DNA of 64,000 nucleotides from Cyanobacteria bacterium P01_F01_bin.150 (GTDB taxonomy: Bacteria; Cyanobacteriota; Cyanobacteriia; CAKZMO01), in NCBI GenBank assembly GCA_039189765.1, contig JBCCYL010000019.1, positions 22,038 through 86,037 of the forward strand, given 5' to 3'. Shown piece by piece: positions 31,741 through 41,501 of the stretch (position 1 is its first letter; the number at the start of each line of letters is the position of its first letter). A model generated the notes under the pieces. It searched no databases. It was given only the letters and a program-made list of their open reading frames with translations, and had not been told where the DNA came from. The translations under genes were made by a program, and so were the position numbers.

Positions 31741-31785
31741 CATGCAAAAACTGAGGAATGACTGCCGCAAGAGACTAGACCCGTA

Positions 31786-33081
31786 TCACTCATCCTCTGG
31801 TAATCGTCCATACCAAGGGCTAACTTCTACAACGCCTGTGGTTCGAAAGACAACTCGAAACTGACCGACAGAGGTCTGAAAGCTGTTTGCTGCGCTTACT
31901 GGAACGGTATCAAAGTCGCTTAAAGGAATGGTATCCACCCATTTTGTCGCCAGTTCATTTACGGGCTTAAAACCTACCATATCACCACTTTCAGTTACGC
32001 CCACACGATAAATTAAATCGTCGGCCAGGTCTTCAGGACGTTTCCACGCCTGATCAATGCGATTCCTAAGCTGAAGCGTTAAAGTATCTAGTTGATCTGG
32101 GTCCGCAATGGGCTGGGCTGTTCCCAAAATCTTATCAATTTCCGCAGCATCCGGTTGCTCCGAAAGCACAGCTTTCGGAGCACTATCAACCGTGGCATCC
32201 CTTTCATCGTCAATGATAACAGCGTTAGCTTCACTATCCGTTGCCGCTGAGACTATATTCCCACTATCCCGAGCCTGACCACTGGCAGATGTCACATCAT
32301 TAGCGTTAGAGGCAGAAGCCGTTTGCCCAGGGGTAATAGAGGAACCAGAGGATGCATCAGACCCAGCATCCCCAGCATCTATCTCTTCTTCCTCCGTGAC
32401 GGGTGGATCGTCTCCGGTCCCAGAGGTATTAGGAGTTGTGCCATCAGACTCTAGACCTGGAGCCAACTCCTCAGTGACGGGTCGAGGCTCAATTTCTGGT
32501 GGATTAATTTTAGGCACTGGCAGGAGGAAGAGGGCGATCGCTGCTACAGCCAAACTAGACACACCAAGGGCCGCAGGTAATAACTTGTCAGCAACTGGTT
32601 CCTGAGTTGCGACGTAGCGCCGTGGCAAAGGAGATAGATCGACCCCCAACGCAGGTAACGTTTGATCATCCGCCACAAGCTGGTCCACCGTTTCAACTAA
32701 GTCAAAAAGCTGAATGGTCTTCAAATCGACCTGATACTTACTCGGATCAGACTCGCTAGCAGCTTGATTGACCGTAAGGCGATGTAAATCTTCTCCAAGG
32801 GGCTGTAGCTGAACCCGTGCGACAGATTTAGTCTTGGATGCTTCAGGGCGGGTAATACCGCTTAAGACTTCTTGCACATATTGGCTGACGGCATAGACTA
32901 ATCCATCCAGCAATTCTTGGCCCCCTGTTAACGGAGTGTCGTATCCAGCAAAGTGACACTCCACACTGGTAACCGCTGAAATCAGAGGATTTTCTTTGTC
33001 TGCAATAGCTCCATTGCTGTCAGCAGGGCCTTCTAACACCAACTTGCAATTGGGTCGATTGTATTGGCGTTGAATGGTCAT
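31786..33081 (-). CDS. DUF4335-like cyanobacterial membrane protein
   Basis: MTIQRQYNRPNCKLVLEG, QLFDLVETVDQ, one TM helix, acidic linker and C-terminal FRVVF...GVVEVSPW. Confidence 0.8.
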   Translation of the reverse strand: MTIQRQYNRPNCKLVLEGPADSNGAIADKENPLISAVTSVECHFAGYDTPLTGGQELLDGLVYAVSQYVQEVLSGITRPEASKTKSVARVQLQPLGEDLHRLTVNQAASESDPSKYQVDLKTIQLFDLVETVDQLVADDQTLPALGVDLSPLPRRYVATQEPVADKLLPAALGVSSLAVAAIALFLLPVPKINPPEIEPRPVTEELAPGLESDGTTPNTSGTGDDPPVTEEEEIDAGDAGSDASSGSSITPGQTASASNANDVTSASGQARDSGNIVSAATDSEANAVIIDDERDATVDSAPKAVLSEQPDAAEIDKILGTAQPIADPDQLDTLTLQLRNRIDQAWKRPEDLADDLIYRVGVTESGDMVGFKPVNELATKWVDTIPLSDFDTVPVSAANSFQTSVGQFRVVFRTTGVVEVSPWYGRLPEDE

Positions 33082-33689
33082 GCGACTTCTCCATCAAAGA
33101 GGCTACTCCAAATCCGCTGTGGGCCAGCAGTGCCCGTACAGAATAGTAGTTTACGAAGCAAATCTATGGCAAGCTGATTCAGTTTCTCATCCGTATCATA
33201 GGCCATAACGCCGGTACGATTGGGGTTCATGCGGGCACGAAAATGAGTACGGAACCGATTCAAATAGGCGGCCAACCAAGGAAACTGCTTTAGCTCTAGA
33301 CTTTGATCCTGCTGCTGTTGGTGCGATCGCAATAGCTGTAGCAAGATCACCGTTGCATTAGACTGCTTAGCCCAATAACACGCAATAATCACTAAAGCCT
33401 TCGCCTCATCTAAGGTTAAGGGTCTCCGTTGGCTATTGCGGCGCAGTGGATTTGTACTTCTTAGCTGCCAGAGCACTACCCTGCTTTTGATAATATCTTG
33501 TAGTTCAAGTTCTTTTGTTATTTTTAAAAACGATTGAGCCCCAGTCAAATCAATGGCTTCAATAGCTAGCAACAGTAGATCGAGCTGCAATCGCACCCGA
33601 CGAGGACAGGACTTGTCCAAAATAGGTGGATTGGGGAGAGTATCCAGAATAGCTGGAACCGAAGGGGACGATGAGCTTGACACTTGCAT
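33078..33689 (-). CDS. DUF3038-like cyanobacterial protein
   Basis: QLDLLLLAIEA, LWQLRSTNPLR and LLFCTGTAGPQRIWSSLFDGE; overlaps the downstream DUF4335-like gene by 4 bp. Confidence 0.82.
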   Translation of the reverse strand: MQVSSSSSPSVPAILDTLPNPPILDKSCPRRVRLQLDLLLLAIEAIDLTGAQSFLKITKELELQDIIKSRVVLWQLRSTNPLRRNSQRRPLTLDEAKALVIIACYWAKQSNATVILLQLLRSHQQQQDQSLELKQFPWLAAYLNRFRTHFRARMNPNRTGVMAYDTDEKLNQLAIDLLRKLLFCTGTAGPQRIWSSLFDGEVA

Positions 33690-33913
33690 AAACAGGAATA
33701 GATAGAAAGTTTAACGCTGTATTGAACAGTCGATAACCGATAAAAATGTCAGTACTAGAAATCAGATAGTTTCCAATACACAACAGACTTAAATCTACCA
33801 GTTTAAGGTACCCAAACAGGGTAGACCACCCATCAATAAAAAGATTGTCCCAGTGATCTACCCTTTACCTTCAAAGCCATTTATGAACGGCAAAGTTCAA
33901 AGCCATGCAAACA

Positions 33914-34198
33914 TCAGCCTTCAACCTTAACCCCGTTCCAGAAGGCGACATAGCCTTCGATGTTCTTTGCTTTTTCTTTTGCTTCTGGGTAATACCATGC
34001 CGCATTTGAGTTAACCTGACCTTCTACTGCGATATCGTAATAACTGGCTATCCCTTTCCAGAAACAGCTAGTGCGCTTATCGCTAGGAGTTAAATACTCC
34101 ATTTTGACGGCATCGGCAGGAAAGTATTGATTCCCCTCAACTACCTCACACTGATCACTTTCTGCAATAACGGCACCATTCCAAACTGCTCTAGGCAT
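33914..34198 (-). CDS. DUF427 protein
   Basis: AVWNGAVIAES, VEGNQYFP, CFWKGIASYY, AAWYYPE and GYVAFW. Confidence 0.9.
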   Translation of the reverse strand: MPRAVWNGAVIAESDQCEVVEGNQYFPADAVKMEYLTPSDKRTSCFWKGIASYYDIAVEGQVNSNAAWYYPEAKEKAKNIEGYVAFWNGVKVEG

Positions 34199-34482
34199 TG
34201 TTTACTCCTGAAACATTTTTTATAAAGTCAATCGAGAATCTGGCTGAACTATTGCTTATTGTAACGGTCGAATGAGTAGGCTAGGGCGTGAAAGCATAAA
34301 TCCCCATTAAAATAGCTCCAGGTTTGGCACGCAAGTGTTTGCATCCGGTAGGATAAACTCGATGACTGATTTTAAGCCCGATCTTTAGAATTTTGAGCTT
34401 TGAAGACCTCTTCTTTGAGCTTTGTACAGCTTTCCGTTTACAGGATTAGTTAGACCGTTCACAGGCAACCCAGGCAGCAATT

Positions 34483-36495
34483 ATGACACCGTCATCATCA
34501 CCTATTTCTCAAAAAGCATCTTCCCAGGACACTTCTTTCCAAAAGTCTCCTCTCCATCAATCCATCGACTATCGCTTTGCTAAAGCTATTCCAGACATAT
34601 GGGCGGTGACCGCTGAGAAATTTGGCGATCGCATCACTGCCCTCAATGATCCCCATTCGAAGCCAACGGTGACGTTTACCTACGCTCAACTCCACAGCGC
34701 AATTCAGCAGTTTGCCTCTGGATTGCAGGCATTGGGTGTGGTGAAGGGCGATCGCATTGCCCTGTTTTCCGACAACAGCCCATATTGGTTTATTGCGGAT
34801 CAGGGAACGATGACAGCTGGGGCCGTAAATGCAGTCCGTAGCTCCCAGGCCGATCGAGATGAGCTGCTGTATATCTTAGAAAATAGCGGTAGCACTGGAC
34901 TAGTCGTCCAAAATGTAGCCACTTTTAAGCTGCTTGCTGATGCGCTGGATGACTACCCCATCGGCTTCGTCATTATGTTATCCAATGAAGATGCGCCGAC
35001 TCATAACAATCTAAAAATTCTTAATTGGACCCAATTTCAAACCCTAGGAGCTAGCCAAGATCTTCAGCCCGTTGAGCAATCACCAGATGATCTGGCAACC
35101 CTAATCTATACCTCTGGCACCAGTGGTCGCCCCAAGGGTGTAATGCTGAATCACAGCAATTTGCTACACCAAGTCAATACGGTCCCGACTGTGGTTACCC
35201 TAACACCAGGAGAGCGGGTATTAAGCCTATTGCCTAGCTGGCATTCCTATGAGCGGACCTTTGAATATTTTGTACTCTCCCAAGGCTGTAGCCAAATCTA
35301 CACATCAATTCGCTACATTAAAAAGGACCTCAAAGCTTACAAGCCCCAGTATATGGTTGGCGTTCCTCGCATCTGGGAATCCATTTATGAAGGGGTACAA
35401 AAACAACTGCGGGAACAACCCCAAAATAAACAGGCTCTAGTTAATTTCTTCTTGGGTAAGAGCCAAGCCTACATTAAAGCAAGACGAAAAGCCCAAAATG
35501 TTGATACAGAGGCGTTGGATGCATCTGCAATGGAGCGGTTTATAGCCCGGCTTCAATGTTTGTTGCTAGCTCCTTTGCATTGGTTGGGCGATCGCCTAGT
35601 CTACAAGACTATCCGAGAAGCGACTGGAGGTGAAGTGAAGTTCCTGATCAGTGGCGGCGGTTCCTTTGCCAAACACCTCGATCTGTTTTTTGAGCTGATT
35701 AACGTCAATATTCTCCAGGGCTATGGCCTAACCGAAACGTCTCCAATCGCGACCGTGCGTCTGCCAAAACAAAACCTGCGTGGCACGTCAGGGCCACCGC
35801 TACCTGAAACCGAGATCCGGATTGCGGATTTGGAGTCGGGCCAGCCATTGCCCAGGGGCCAGAAAGGCGCAATTTTGATTCGCGGCCCCCAAGTAATGCA
35901 AGGTTACTATAAAAATCCAGAGGCCACAGCCAAAGCCCTTGATTCCGAAGGCTGGTTTAATAGCGGTGACTTGGGCTGGGTGGCACCCAAAGGAGACTTG
36001 ACGATTACAGGTCGAGCAAAAGATACGATAGTACTGACCAGTGGTGAAAATATTGAACCCCAGCCTCTAGAAGATGCCTGCACCCGCAGTGCCTACGTGG
36101 ACCAGATGATGGTGGTGGGGCAAGACCAAAAAGTATTAGGTGCGTTAATTGTCCCTAATCTCACGGCCCTAGGCCAGTGGGCTGCTAGCCAACAATTACA
36201 GTTAAATCTCCCAGATGATTGTCAGCTAGAGCTGCCGGAGTCTGGCATTGTGGGCAGTGAAGGAGGGGCAGCGATCGCCCTCAACGATGCCCAAGTTCAA
36301 GCCCTTTTCAAGGCCGAACTGATCCGAGAGGTTAAAGACCGTCCAGGCTACCGTCCTGACGATCGCATCGGGCCATTTATTCTAATTGACGAACCCTTCT
36401 CCCCCGATCGGGGCACGATGACTCAAACTCTGAAAATTAAGCGTCCGGTCGTTACTCAAAAGTATCAGGGCACAATCGACAAGTTGTTTGTCTAA
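34483..36495 (+). CDS. aas: Acyl-ACP synthetase / long-chain fatty acid--CoA ligase
   Basis: IYTSGTSGRPKG, QGYGLTETSP, GWFNSGDLG, GRAKDTIV..GENIEP and TLKIKR. Confidence 0.9.
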   Translation: MTPSSSPISQKASSQDTSFQKSPLHQSIDYRFAKAIPDIWAVTAEKFGDRITALNDPHSKPTVTFTYAQLHSAIQQFASGLQALGVVKGDRIALFSDNSPYWFIADQGTMTAGAVNAVRSSQADRDELLYILENSGSTGLVVQNVATFKLLADALDDYPIGFVIMLSNEDAPTHNNLKILNWTQFQTLGASQDLQPVEQSPDDLATLIYTSGTSGRPKGVMLNHSNLLHQVNTVPTVVTLTPGERVLSLLPSWHSYERTFEYFVLSQGCSQIYTSIRYIKKDLKAYKPQYMVGVPRIWESIYEGVQKQLREQPQNKQALVNFFLGKSQAYIKARRKAQNVDTEALDASAMERFIARLQCLLLAPLHWLGDRLVYKTIREATGGEVKFLISGGGSFAKHLDLFFELINVNILQGYGLTETSPIATVRLPKQNLRGTSGPPLPETEIRIADLESGQPLPRGQKGAILIRGPQVMQGYYKNPEATAKALDSEGWFNSGDLGWVAPKGDLTITGRAKDTIVLTSGENIEPQPLEDACTRSAYVDQMMVVGQDQKVLGALIVPNLTALGQWAASQQLQLNLPDDCQLELPESGIVGSEGGAAIALNDAQVQALFKAELIREVKDRPGYRPDDRIGPFILIDEPFSPDRGTMTQTLKIKRPVVTQKYQGTIDKLFV

Positions 36496-36506
36496 ATGCT
36501 CTAGAA

Positions 36507-36543
36507 CGTTTTTGTGGGGGCGCAAAGTGCCCCCACAAAAACG
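36507..36543. repeat. Palindromic REP-like hairpin (family B) / bidirectional terminator
   Basis: CGTTTTTGTGGGGGC-GCAAAGT-GCCCCCACAAAAACG between convergent aas and the cupin gene. Confidence 0.65.
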
Positions 36544-36557
36544 CCTTCGTCCTATTG

Positions 36558-37187
36558 CTAAATCATTTTGTCATCTAACGATGAAACACAGAATAGAAGG
36601 CACCCTTGAGTTGTCCGCGGCTGATGGGCTGTATCGGCATGGGAAAAAATGCGATCGCCCGGTGAATAGACCTGCTCATCGACTACAAAATCTCCTGCCA
36701 ATACCAAAACTTCCTCTCCTGCCGCATGATGATGATTCGGAAAGACTTCGGCGGTTGTCGCTCTGACAAAAAAGGCTACTGAGCGTGAGTCCTGATCGAT
36801 CTCGTAGATCGCCATTGCTCCATTTTCCATCCCTGGCAACAGTTGCCAAGCTAGCCCTTCCGATTTTTGCTTAAGATCATTGATGGATTGTGTCAATAAA
36901 TGGAAGAGGCTGGACTGGGCCTGCGATGAAGGCGTTTCCTCAATCCGCTCAAATAGACGGGTCTTTAAATCGGATGATAAGGGAACAGGAGGAGTACTGT
37001 AGGGAATGGCGGCGATCGCAGCTTGTAATTCAGCCATTTCTTCTGCTAAGGTCGCATCGCTAATATCGTTCTTGATGCTTACATCAGTTGCATCGCCATC
37101 CGTGAGGAAATTCAGGGCATAATCAGTGGCCCGGTCAGTAAATTCAGCGTTGCTAGCGTCCTGTGGTGTCATATCTGGAGCATTCAT
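36558..37187 (-). CDS. Anti-sigma factor with a ChrR-like cupin domain
   Basis: N-terminal YAL...PPVPLSSDLKTRLFERI anti-sigma segment; cupin FPNHHHAAGEEVLVLAG...HQP...GCLL; follows the ECF sigma gene. Confidence 0.82.
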   Translation of the reverse strand: MNAPDMTPQDASNAEFTDRATDYALNFLTDGDATDVSIKNDISDATLAEEMAELQAAIAAIPYSTPPVPLSSDLKTRLFERIEETPSSQAQSSLFHLLTQSINDLKQKSEGLAWQLLPGMENGAMAIYEIDQDSRSVAFFVRATTAEVFPNHHHAAGEEVLVLAGDFVVDEQVYSPGDRIFSHADTAHQPRTTQGCLLFCVSSLDDKMI

Positions 37188-37217
37188 ACTGGCTTACGCT
37201 CTTCCCCTACTTCAATA

Positions 37218-37242
37218 TACGAAAAATATGATGAATTGGTTC
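37218..37242 (-). promoter_or_regulatory. Candidate ECF promoter for the anti-sigma gene
   Basis: Minus strand reads GAACC-N16-CGTA(TA), 30 bp upstream of the cupin ATG. Confidence 0.45.
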
Positions 37243-37275
37243 TGTGATGTCGTTTTTAGTGGCGAGGTACATGCA

Positions 37276-37836
37276 TTAGTTCATGTCTAGAAGTCCGCGT
37301 AATTTACTGAGTCCAAGCCGCACTCGCGTTTTAACTGTTCCCACAGAGGTTCCCATTTTGTTTGCGATTTCCGACTGACTCATGCCTTGGTAATAAGCGA
37401 ACTCAATTACCTGGCGTTGTTCTAGCGGTAGCTCATCCATGGCAGATAAGACGCGATCGCGCCGTTCGCTAATCATCAGCATTTCATCCGGTGTCCCACT
37501 AGTGCTAGCCATGTCAGACTTTGCTTCAATTGCGGACGCTTCGAATGCTGATGCATATTTCTGGCGTTTTCTCCAGCGATCGATAGCACGGCTACGGACC
37601 ATTAAAAATAGCCATCCGTCCACGCGGCCTCGTTTCGCATTGTAGGTCGCTGCTTTTTTCCAAACATAACTCAATACGTCTAAAACAACTTCCTCGGCTT
37701 CCTCGGCAGAACCCAGAACTTTAAACGCCAAACTATACATGATCCGAGCATAGCGATCATAAAGTTGGCTAAGGGCAGATTGATCCTGCTCAATAATTTT
37801 TTGAAGCAGACTAACGTCGTCAATCGATTGGTACAC
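37276..37836 (-). CDS. ECF sigma-70 factor (SigK-like)
   Basis: ALSQLYDRY, AEEVVLD, WLFLMVRSRAIDRWR and YYQGMSQSEIA...GTVKTRVRLGL. Confidence 0.92.
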   Translation of the reverse strand: MYQSIDDVSLLQKIIEQDQSALSQLYDRYARIMYSLAFKVLGSAEEAEEVVLDVLSYVWKKAATYNAKRGRVDGWLFLMVRSRAIDRWRKRQKYASAFEASAIEAKSDMASTSGTPDEMLMISERRDRVLSAMDELPLEQRQVIEFAYYQGMSQSEIANKMGTSVGTVKTRVRLGLSKLRGLLDMN

Positions 37837-37878
37837 CGTTGTTTTACGTTTAATTAGAAAAAAAGATTGGGCAACAGA

Positions 37879-37903
37879 GATCCAAATTTAAAATTCGGAC
37901 GTA
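37879..37903 (+). promoter_or_regulatory. Candidate ECF promoter for the DUF4331 operon
   Basis: GATCC-N16-CGTA(TA), matching the site at 37218-37242. Confidence 0.45.
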
Positions 37904-38191
37904 TACCCTTACAGATGACTCAAAAACAAGTTTTTCCATCGCTGGGTTGGAGTTAGCCTGGGACACCATTCGGTCTCTTGAGGGCAAAATGCTCCAGTCT
38001 CAGTCACATCCAATTTGTTTACATTCTCTCCTATTGCGGGACAGGGTGACGGAGTCGTTTACCTATATTTTCAAGCATAGACGGTTAATTCTGCATGAGC
38101 AGGATTTCCGTTTACGCCAAACACAATGATGGTAAGCCCTCCATGCCATCACTAACAACGAGTCATTCAATGCAAAGGAAATATTTAAGCT

Positions 38192-39445
38192 ATGACTGCA
38201 CACAAAGAAATCATGCCTAACCTACGCCAACGTTCCATCAAGACTTTATGCCGCATTGGCGGTGCATTATTGGGAGCCACTATTCTAGCGACTGGTGTTG
38301 CGGGCTATCTTCAAGCATCAGACCATGATGATGGAGAAGTAGATCTGAAGGGACGTAATCTGAACTTGACTGATTTGTATGTGTTTCGGGAAAAAGATCA
38401 AAATCCCCAAGCAAAGCAGGACGACTTAGTTTTAATTATGAATACTAATCCCCGTTCGGTTGCGCGCCAACAGTATTATTTCAGTCCAAACGCCCGGTAT
38501 GAGTTTCACATTAGCCAAGTGGCTAACAAAAACAGTCCAGTAACAGGTAAAGCTGATGTCACATTACGCTTTGAGTTTGATGCTCCTGATGCAAACCAAG
38601 AACAAACCGTAAAGATCACAAGTATTCGCGATGGTCGTAGTCATACCACCCGCACAAAAACGACTGCGCTGTTAGACTCCACTCCAAATATCAACAATGT
38701 GTCCATTGGAGGCACACCCATGACAGTGTTTGCAGGCTTACGAGAAGATCCATTCTTCTTTGATGTAGAGCAGTTTTTCCGAGTCCGAGCCGGAGCTTTG
38801 GGCACTGGACCTGCCGTAGGATTCCGGCCTGCGGATAAAGCGGTGGATTTTACCCGTGGCTATAACGTCAACGCGATCGCCATTCGGGTTCCCATCGAGT
38901 TCCTTCAGGGCAATAGCTCCGCCACCACTTTTGATGTCTGGGAAACCATTTCGGTCAAAGGTGAGGATGGCCAATATCAACAGGTGGAACGCCTAGCCCG
39001 CCCTGCCATTAATGAGGGACTACTGACCAGTAATGATTTATTAAATACTCTAAATGCGATCGGGCCAGACTTCGAAGCTGCAGCCCTAGCAGGACAAAAA
39101 GCTGCGGCAGATGCAGCCCAACCGATTCTGGAAGAAGCAGGCCAAACCCTCAAAGCGTTAGGCAATGACGGTGAACGGACGATTGCATTGTTGCAGGCAT
39201 TTTTGCCCGATGTTATGCGGATTGATACCACCCAACCCAGCGGCTATGGTAATGAGCTAAACGACAAAAGCAGTCCAGTTCGAGGTCGCATGCTAAAAGA
39301 TGATGTAGTGGACATTACATTGAGTGTGTTGACCAATGGTGCGGTGACTACAGACAACGTCTCCTACGACGGCACACCCGGTAATCCCTCCCAAGGTCAC
39401 CAACCGTTGGAACCCACTTTTCCCTACTTGGCATTGCCTAATTAA
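38192..39445 (+). CDS. Secreted DUF4331-like protein
   Basis: Signal peptide, then ASDHDDG, LTDLYVF, FAGLREDPFFFD, ERLARPAINE, GRMLKDDVVD and FPYLALP. Confidence 0.87.
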   Translation: MTAHKEIMPNLRQRSIKTLCRIGGALLGATILATGVAGYLQASDHDDGEVDLKGRNLNLTDLYVFREKDQNPQAKQDDLVLIMNTNPRSVARQQYYFSPNARYEFHISQVANKNSPVTGKADVTLRFEFDAPDANQEQTVKITSIRDGRSHTTRTKTTALLDSTPNINNVSIGGTPMTVFAGLREDPFFFDVEQFFRVRAGALGTGPAVGFRPADKAVDFTRGYNVNAIAIRVPIEFLQGNSSATTFDVWETISVKGEDGQYQQVERLARPAINEGLLTSNDLLNTLNAIGPDFEAAALAGQKAAADAAQPILEEAGQTLKALGNDGERTIALLQAFLPDVMRIDTTQPSGYGNELNDKSSPVRGRMLKDDVVDITLSVLTNGAVTTDNVSYDGTPGNPSQGHQPLEPTFPYLALPN

Positions 39446-39557
39446 GCCGGCGTTATAGTCCGTTTGCCCTAGTGCCTAAACTCTGGCGGGGCACCGCCTG
39501 GGATGTTGATTCTGAGGTGCTCTAACAGAAATCCATTCCTACAGCTTTTGCGTCGGA

Positions 39558-39682
39558 ACCCACCCCTAGCCCCTCCAAGGAGGGGGACCGGAACCCCTAG
39601 CCCCTCCAAGGAGGGGGACCGGAACGTAGCGGAAGTCTTCATACACGTCCAATTCCCCTCTCGGGAGGGGCTAGGGGTGGGT
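39558..39682. repeat. REP-like composite: 31-bp tandem duplicate plus an inverted partner
   Basis: ACCCCTAGCCCCTCCAAGGAGGGGGACCGGA twice (39562-39623), then inverted TCCCCTCTCGGGAGGGGCTAGGGGTGGGT (39654-39682). Confidence 0.8.
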
Positions 39683-39821
39683 CAATCGAGACAAAGCAAG
39701 GACGAAAGACTGCGTGGCCTTCTGGAGTCAGAGTCTCTAGTTTGGGTTCCCAGTCTCCAGCTAGGAACCAGATGGAGAGCACTAAAAGGTCTGAATTGCC
39801 ATTTATTTTCTTTCACCCATC

Positions 39822-41168
39822 ATGTTATTTTTTCAAAATCGCCCTTGGCAGAAGCGACTAGCACTGCTGTCGCTCAGTGCTACATGCTTGGCGGCTGTGC
39901 TGGGGCATCGGCTGTGGTCGGCGCATTTAAGTTGGGCTATTCCCTACCCTTACACCCTGCATTCAAACGATCCTGAAACAGCTACCCAAACGCTCAATCA
40001 GGAAATTGCCTTCTATCGCGATCGCATCCAACAAAGTCCCTCTGACGGACTCGATCGCGCCGCCCTAGCCCAAACCTATCTCAAAATGGCAAGGGCCACT
40101 GGCCAGTCCACTTGGTACCTTTTGGCGGAACAATCTGCTCGTCAATCCCTCACCAATCTCTCCACTAACAACCCAGGTGCCACAATGGCCCTAGCTCAAA
40201 TTGCCGAAGCCAAACATGATTTTAATCAATCGATCGCGTTGGCTAAAGAGGTCCTTGCACTATCCCCAAACCATGAAGAAGCCAAAGCACTGCTTGTGAC
40301 GTCTTATCTTGCCATTGGAGAAACTGCAAAGGCTCATCAAATTGCTAATCAACTAGTGGAGCAATTGCCCACGTTGGGGTCTTTTACGCTAAGGGCTTTG
40401 ACCCATGATGCTCTTTGTTTAAAGGAAGACGCGATCGCCGATTTCCACCAAGCCCTGGCTCTAGAAGAACCCCAGGAAACAGGGAGTTCTGCCTGGGCTC
40501 GTACTCTGCTCGGGCGATTTTATGCAGAGCAAGGTGAATTGGCGCAGGCAAAGCAACTATATCAAGATGCGCTGAGGCTTGTGCCTCGTTATCCCCTGGC
40601 ATTAATTAACTTAGCCAAACTTGAAACTCAGCAGGGGCACTATCGTAAGGCTCAGCAACGATACAGTCGAGTGTTTACCTCTGAAGACTATCCTGCAGCC
40701 TTTGATCATGTTGCCACTCAAGGACTTGCCCGCATTAAATTGCTCCAGGGCGATCGTCAAGCTGCGGAAGAAAAATGGGCGATCGCAGAACAACAGTTTC
40801 GCACTCACCAAGATCTAGACTCCTTTGGTCATCGACAAGAATTAGCCCGTTTGCTGCTAACCCGTGGTCATCAGGAGGATCTTCCCGAAGCATTGGCCTT
40901 GATGGAGCAAGAGATAACCCTCCGTCGCGATCATAAAACACTCAGTCTTATGGCTTGGGTACTCTCTCGTCAAGGTCAGTGGGACAAGGCTCAATCAGTG
41001 ATTAAAGAGGCGATCGCCCAGAAATCCTGTCATACTGAAACCTTGTATCGGGCCGCCGCCATTGAGGAGTCCCTTGGCAATACCGACCAAGCCGTTCGAT
41101 ATCAACAACAAGCTCAAGCGATTAACCCAGCGTTCGACGACCGTGCTCAACGCCTATCAGGCTTGTGA
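39822..41168 (+). CDS. Tetratricopeptide repeat protein, N-terminally anchored
   Basis: Hydrophobic N-terminus followed by multiple TPR-like helical repeats. Confidence 0.85.
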   Translation: MLFFQNRPWQKRLALLSLSATCLAAVLGHRLWSAHLSWAIPYPYTLHSNDPETATQTLNQEIAFYRDRIQQSPSDGLDRAALAQTYLKMARATGQSTWYLLAEQSARQSLTNLSTNNPGATMALAQIAEAKHDFNQSIALAKEVLALSPNHEEAKALLVTSYLAIGETAKAHQIANQLVEQLPTLGSFTLRALTHDALCLKEDAIADFHQALALEEPQETGSSAWARTLLGRFYAEQGELAQAKQLYQDALRLVPRYPLALINLAKLETQQGHYRKAQQRYSRVFTSEDYPAAFDHVATQGLARIKLLQGDRQAAEEKWAIAEQQFRTHQDLDSFGHRQELARLLLTRGHQEDLPEALALMEQEITLRRDHKTLSLMAWVLSRQGQWDKAQSVIKEAIAQKSCHTETLYRAAAIEESLGNTDQAVRYQQQAQAINPAFDDRAQRLSGL

Positions 41169-41199
41169 ATTCAATATTGTTGACAACATCCAAATTTAG

Positions 41200-41460
41200 C
41201 CCCTACCTCGTTCCCAGAGCGGTAGGGTGCTGTGGAGCAAAGCGAAACCACCTCCCATGACATAGACCATTGCCTGTAAGAGGTGCGTTATCACGTACCC
41301 TACACCGAATACTGCGAGGCAAGCTCGTATTCCCTCATTCCCAGTGTTTCCTCATTCCCAGTGTCACGCTGGAAATGCCCACTTGAGACTCTGGCTCAAG
41401 TAGGGCAGCGGAGCCAGAGTCTCCTCAAAAGGCACCCAGCCGGAGTCTGGGCACCAGCGG
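41200..41460. repeat. Mosaic of REP-like palindromes
   Basis: CCCTACC/GGTAGGG, GGTAGGGTGC/GTACCCTAC, CCTCATTCCCAGTGT twice, GAGACTCTGGCTC/GAGCCAGAGTCTC; related GGTTCCCAG...CTAGGAACC near 39745. Confidence 0.6.
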
Positions 41461-41501
41461 CTCCATCCTCAAGTACATTCTCACTCTATCCCCAATACTT
41501 T

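Noticed and set aside
39562..39623. 31-bp tandem repeat as CRISPR
   Set aside because: No spacer between the copies; it is part of a palindromic REP-like element.
39503..39976. 157-aa ORF between DUF4331 and the TPR gene
   Set aside because: It reads through REP-like repeats and overlaps the TPR gene out of frame.
41283..41501. N-terminal extension of the HupE/UreJ ORF
   Set aside because: It translates repeat DNA; the signal peptide begins after the ATG at 41502.
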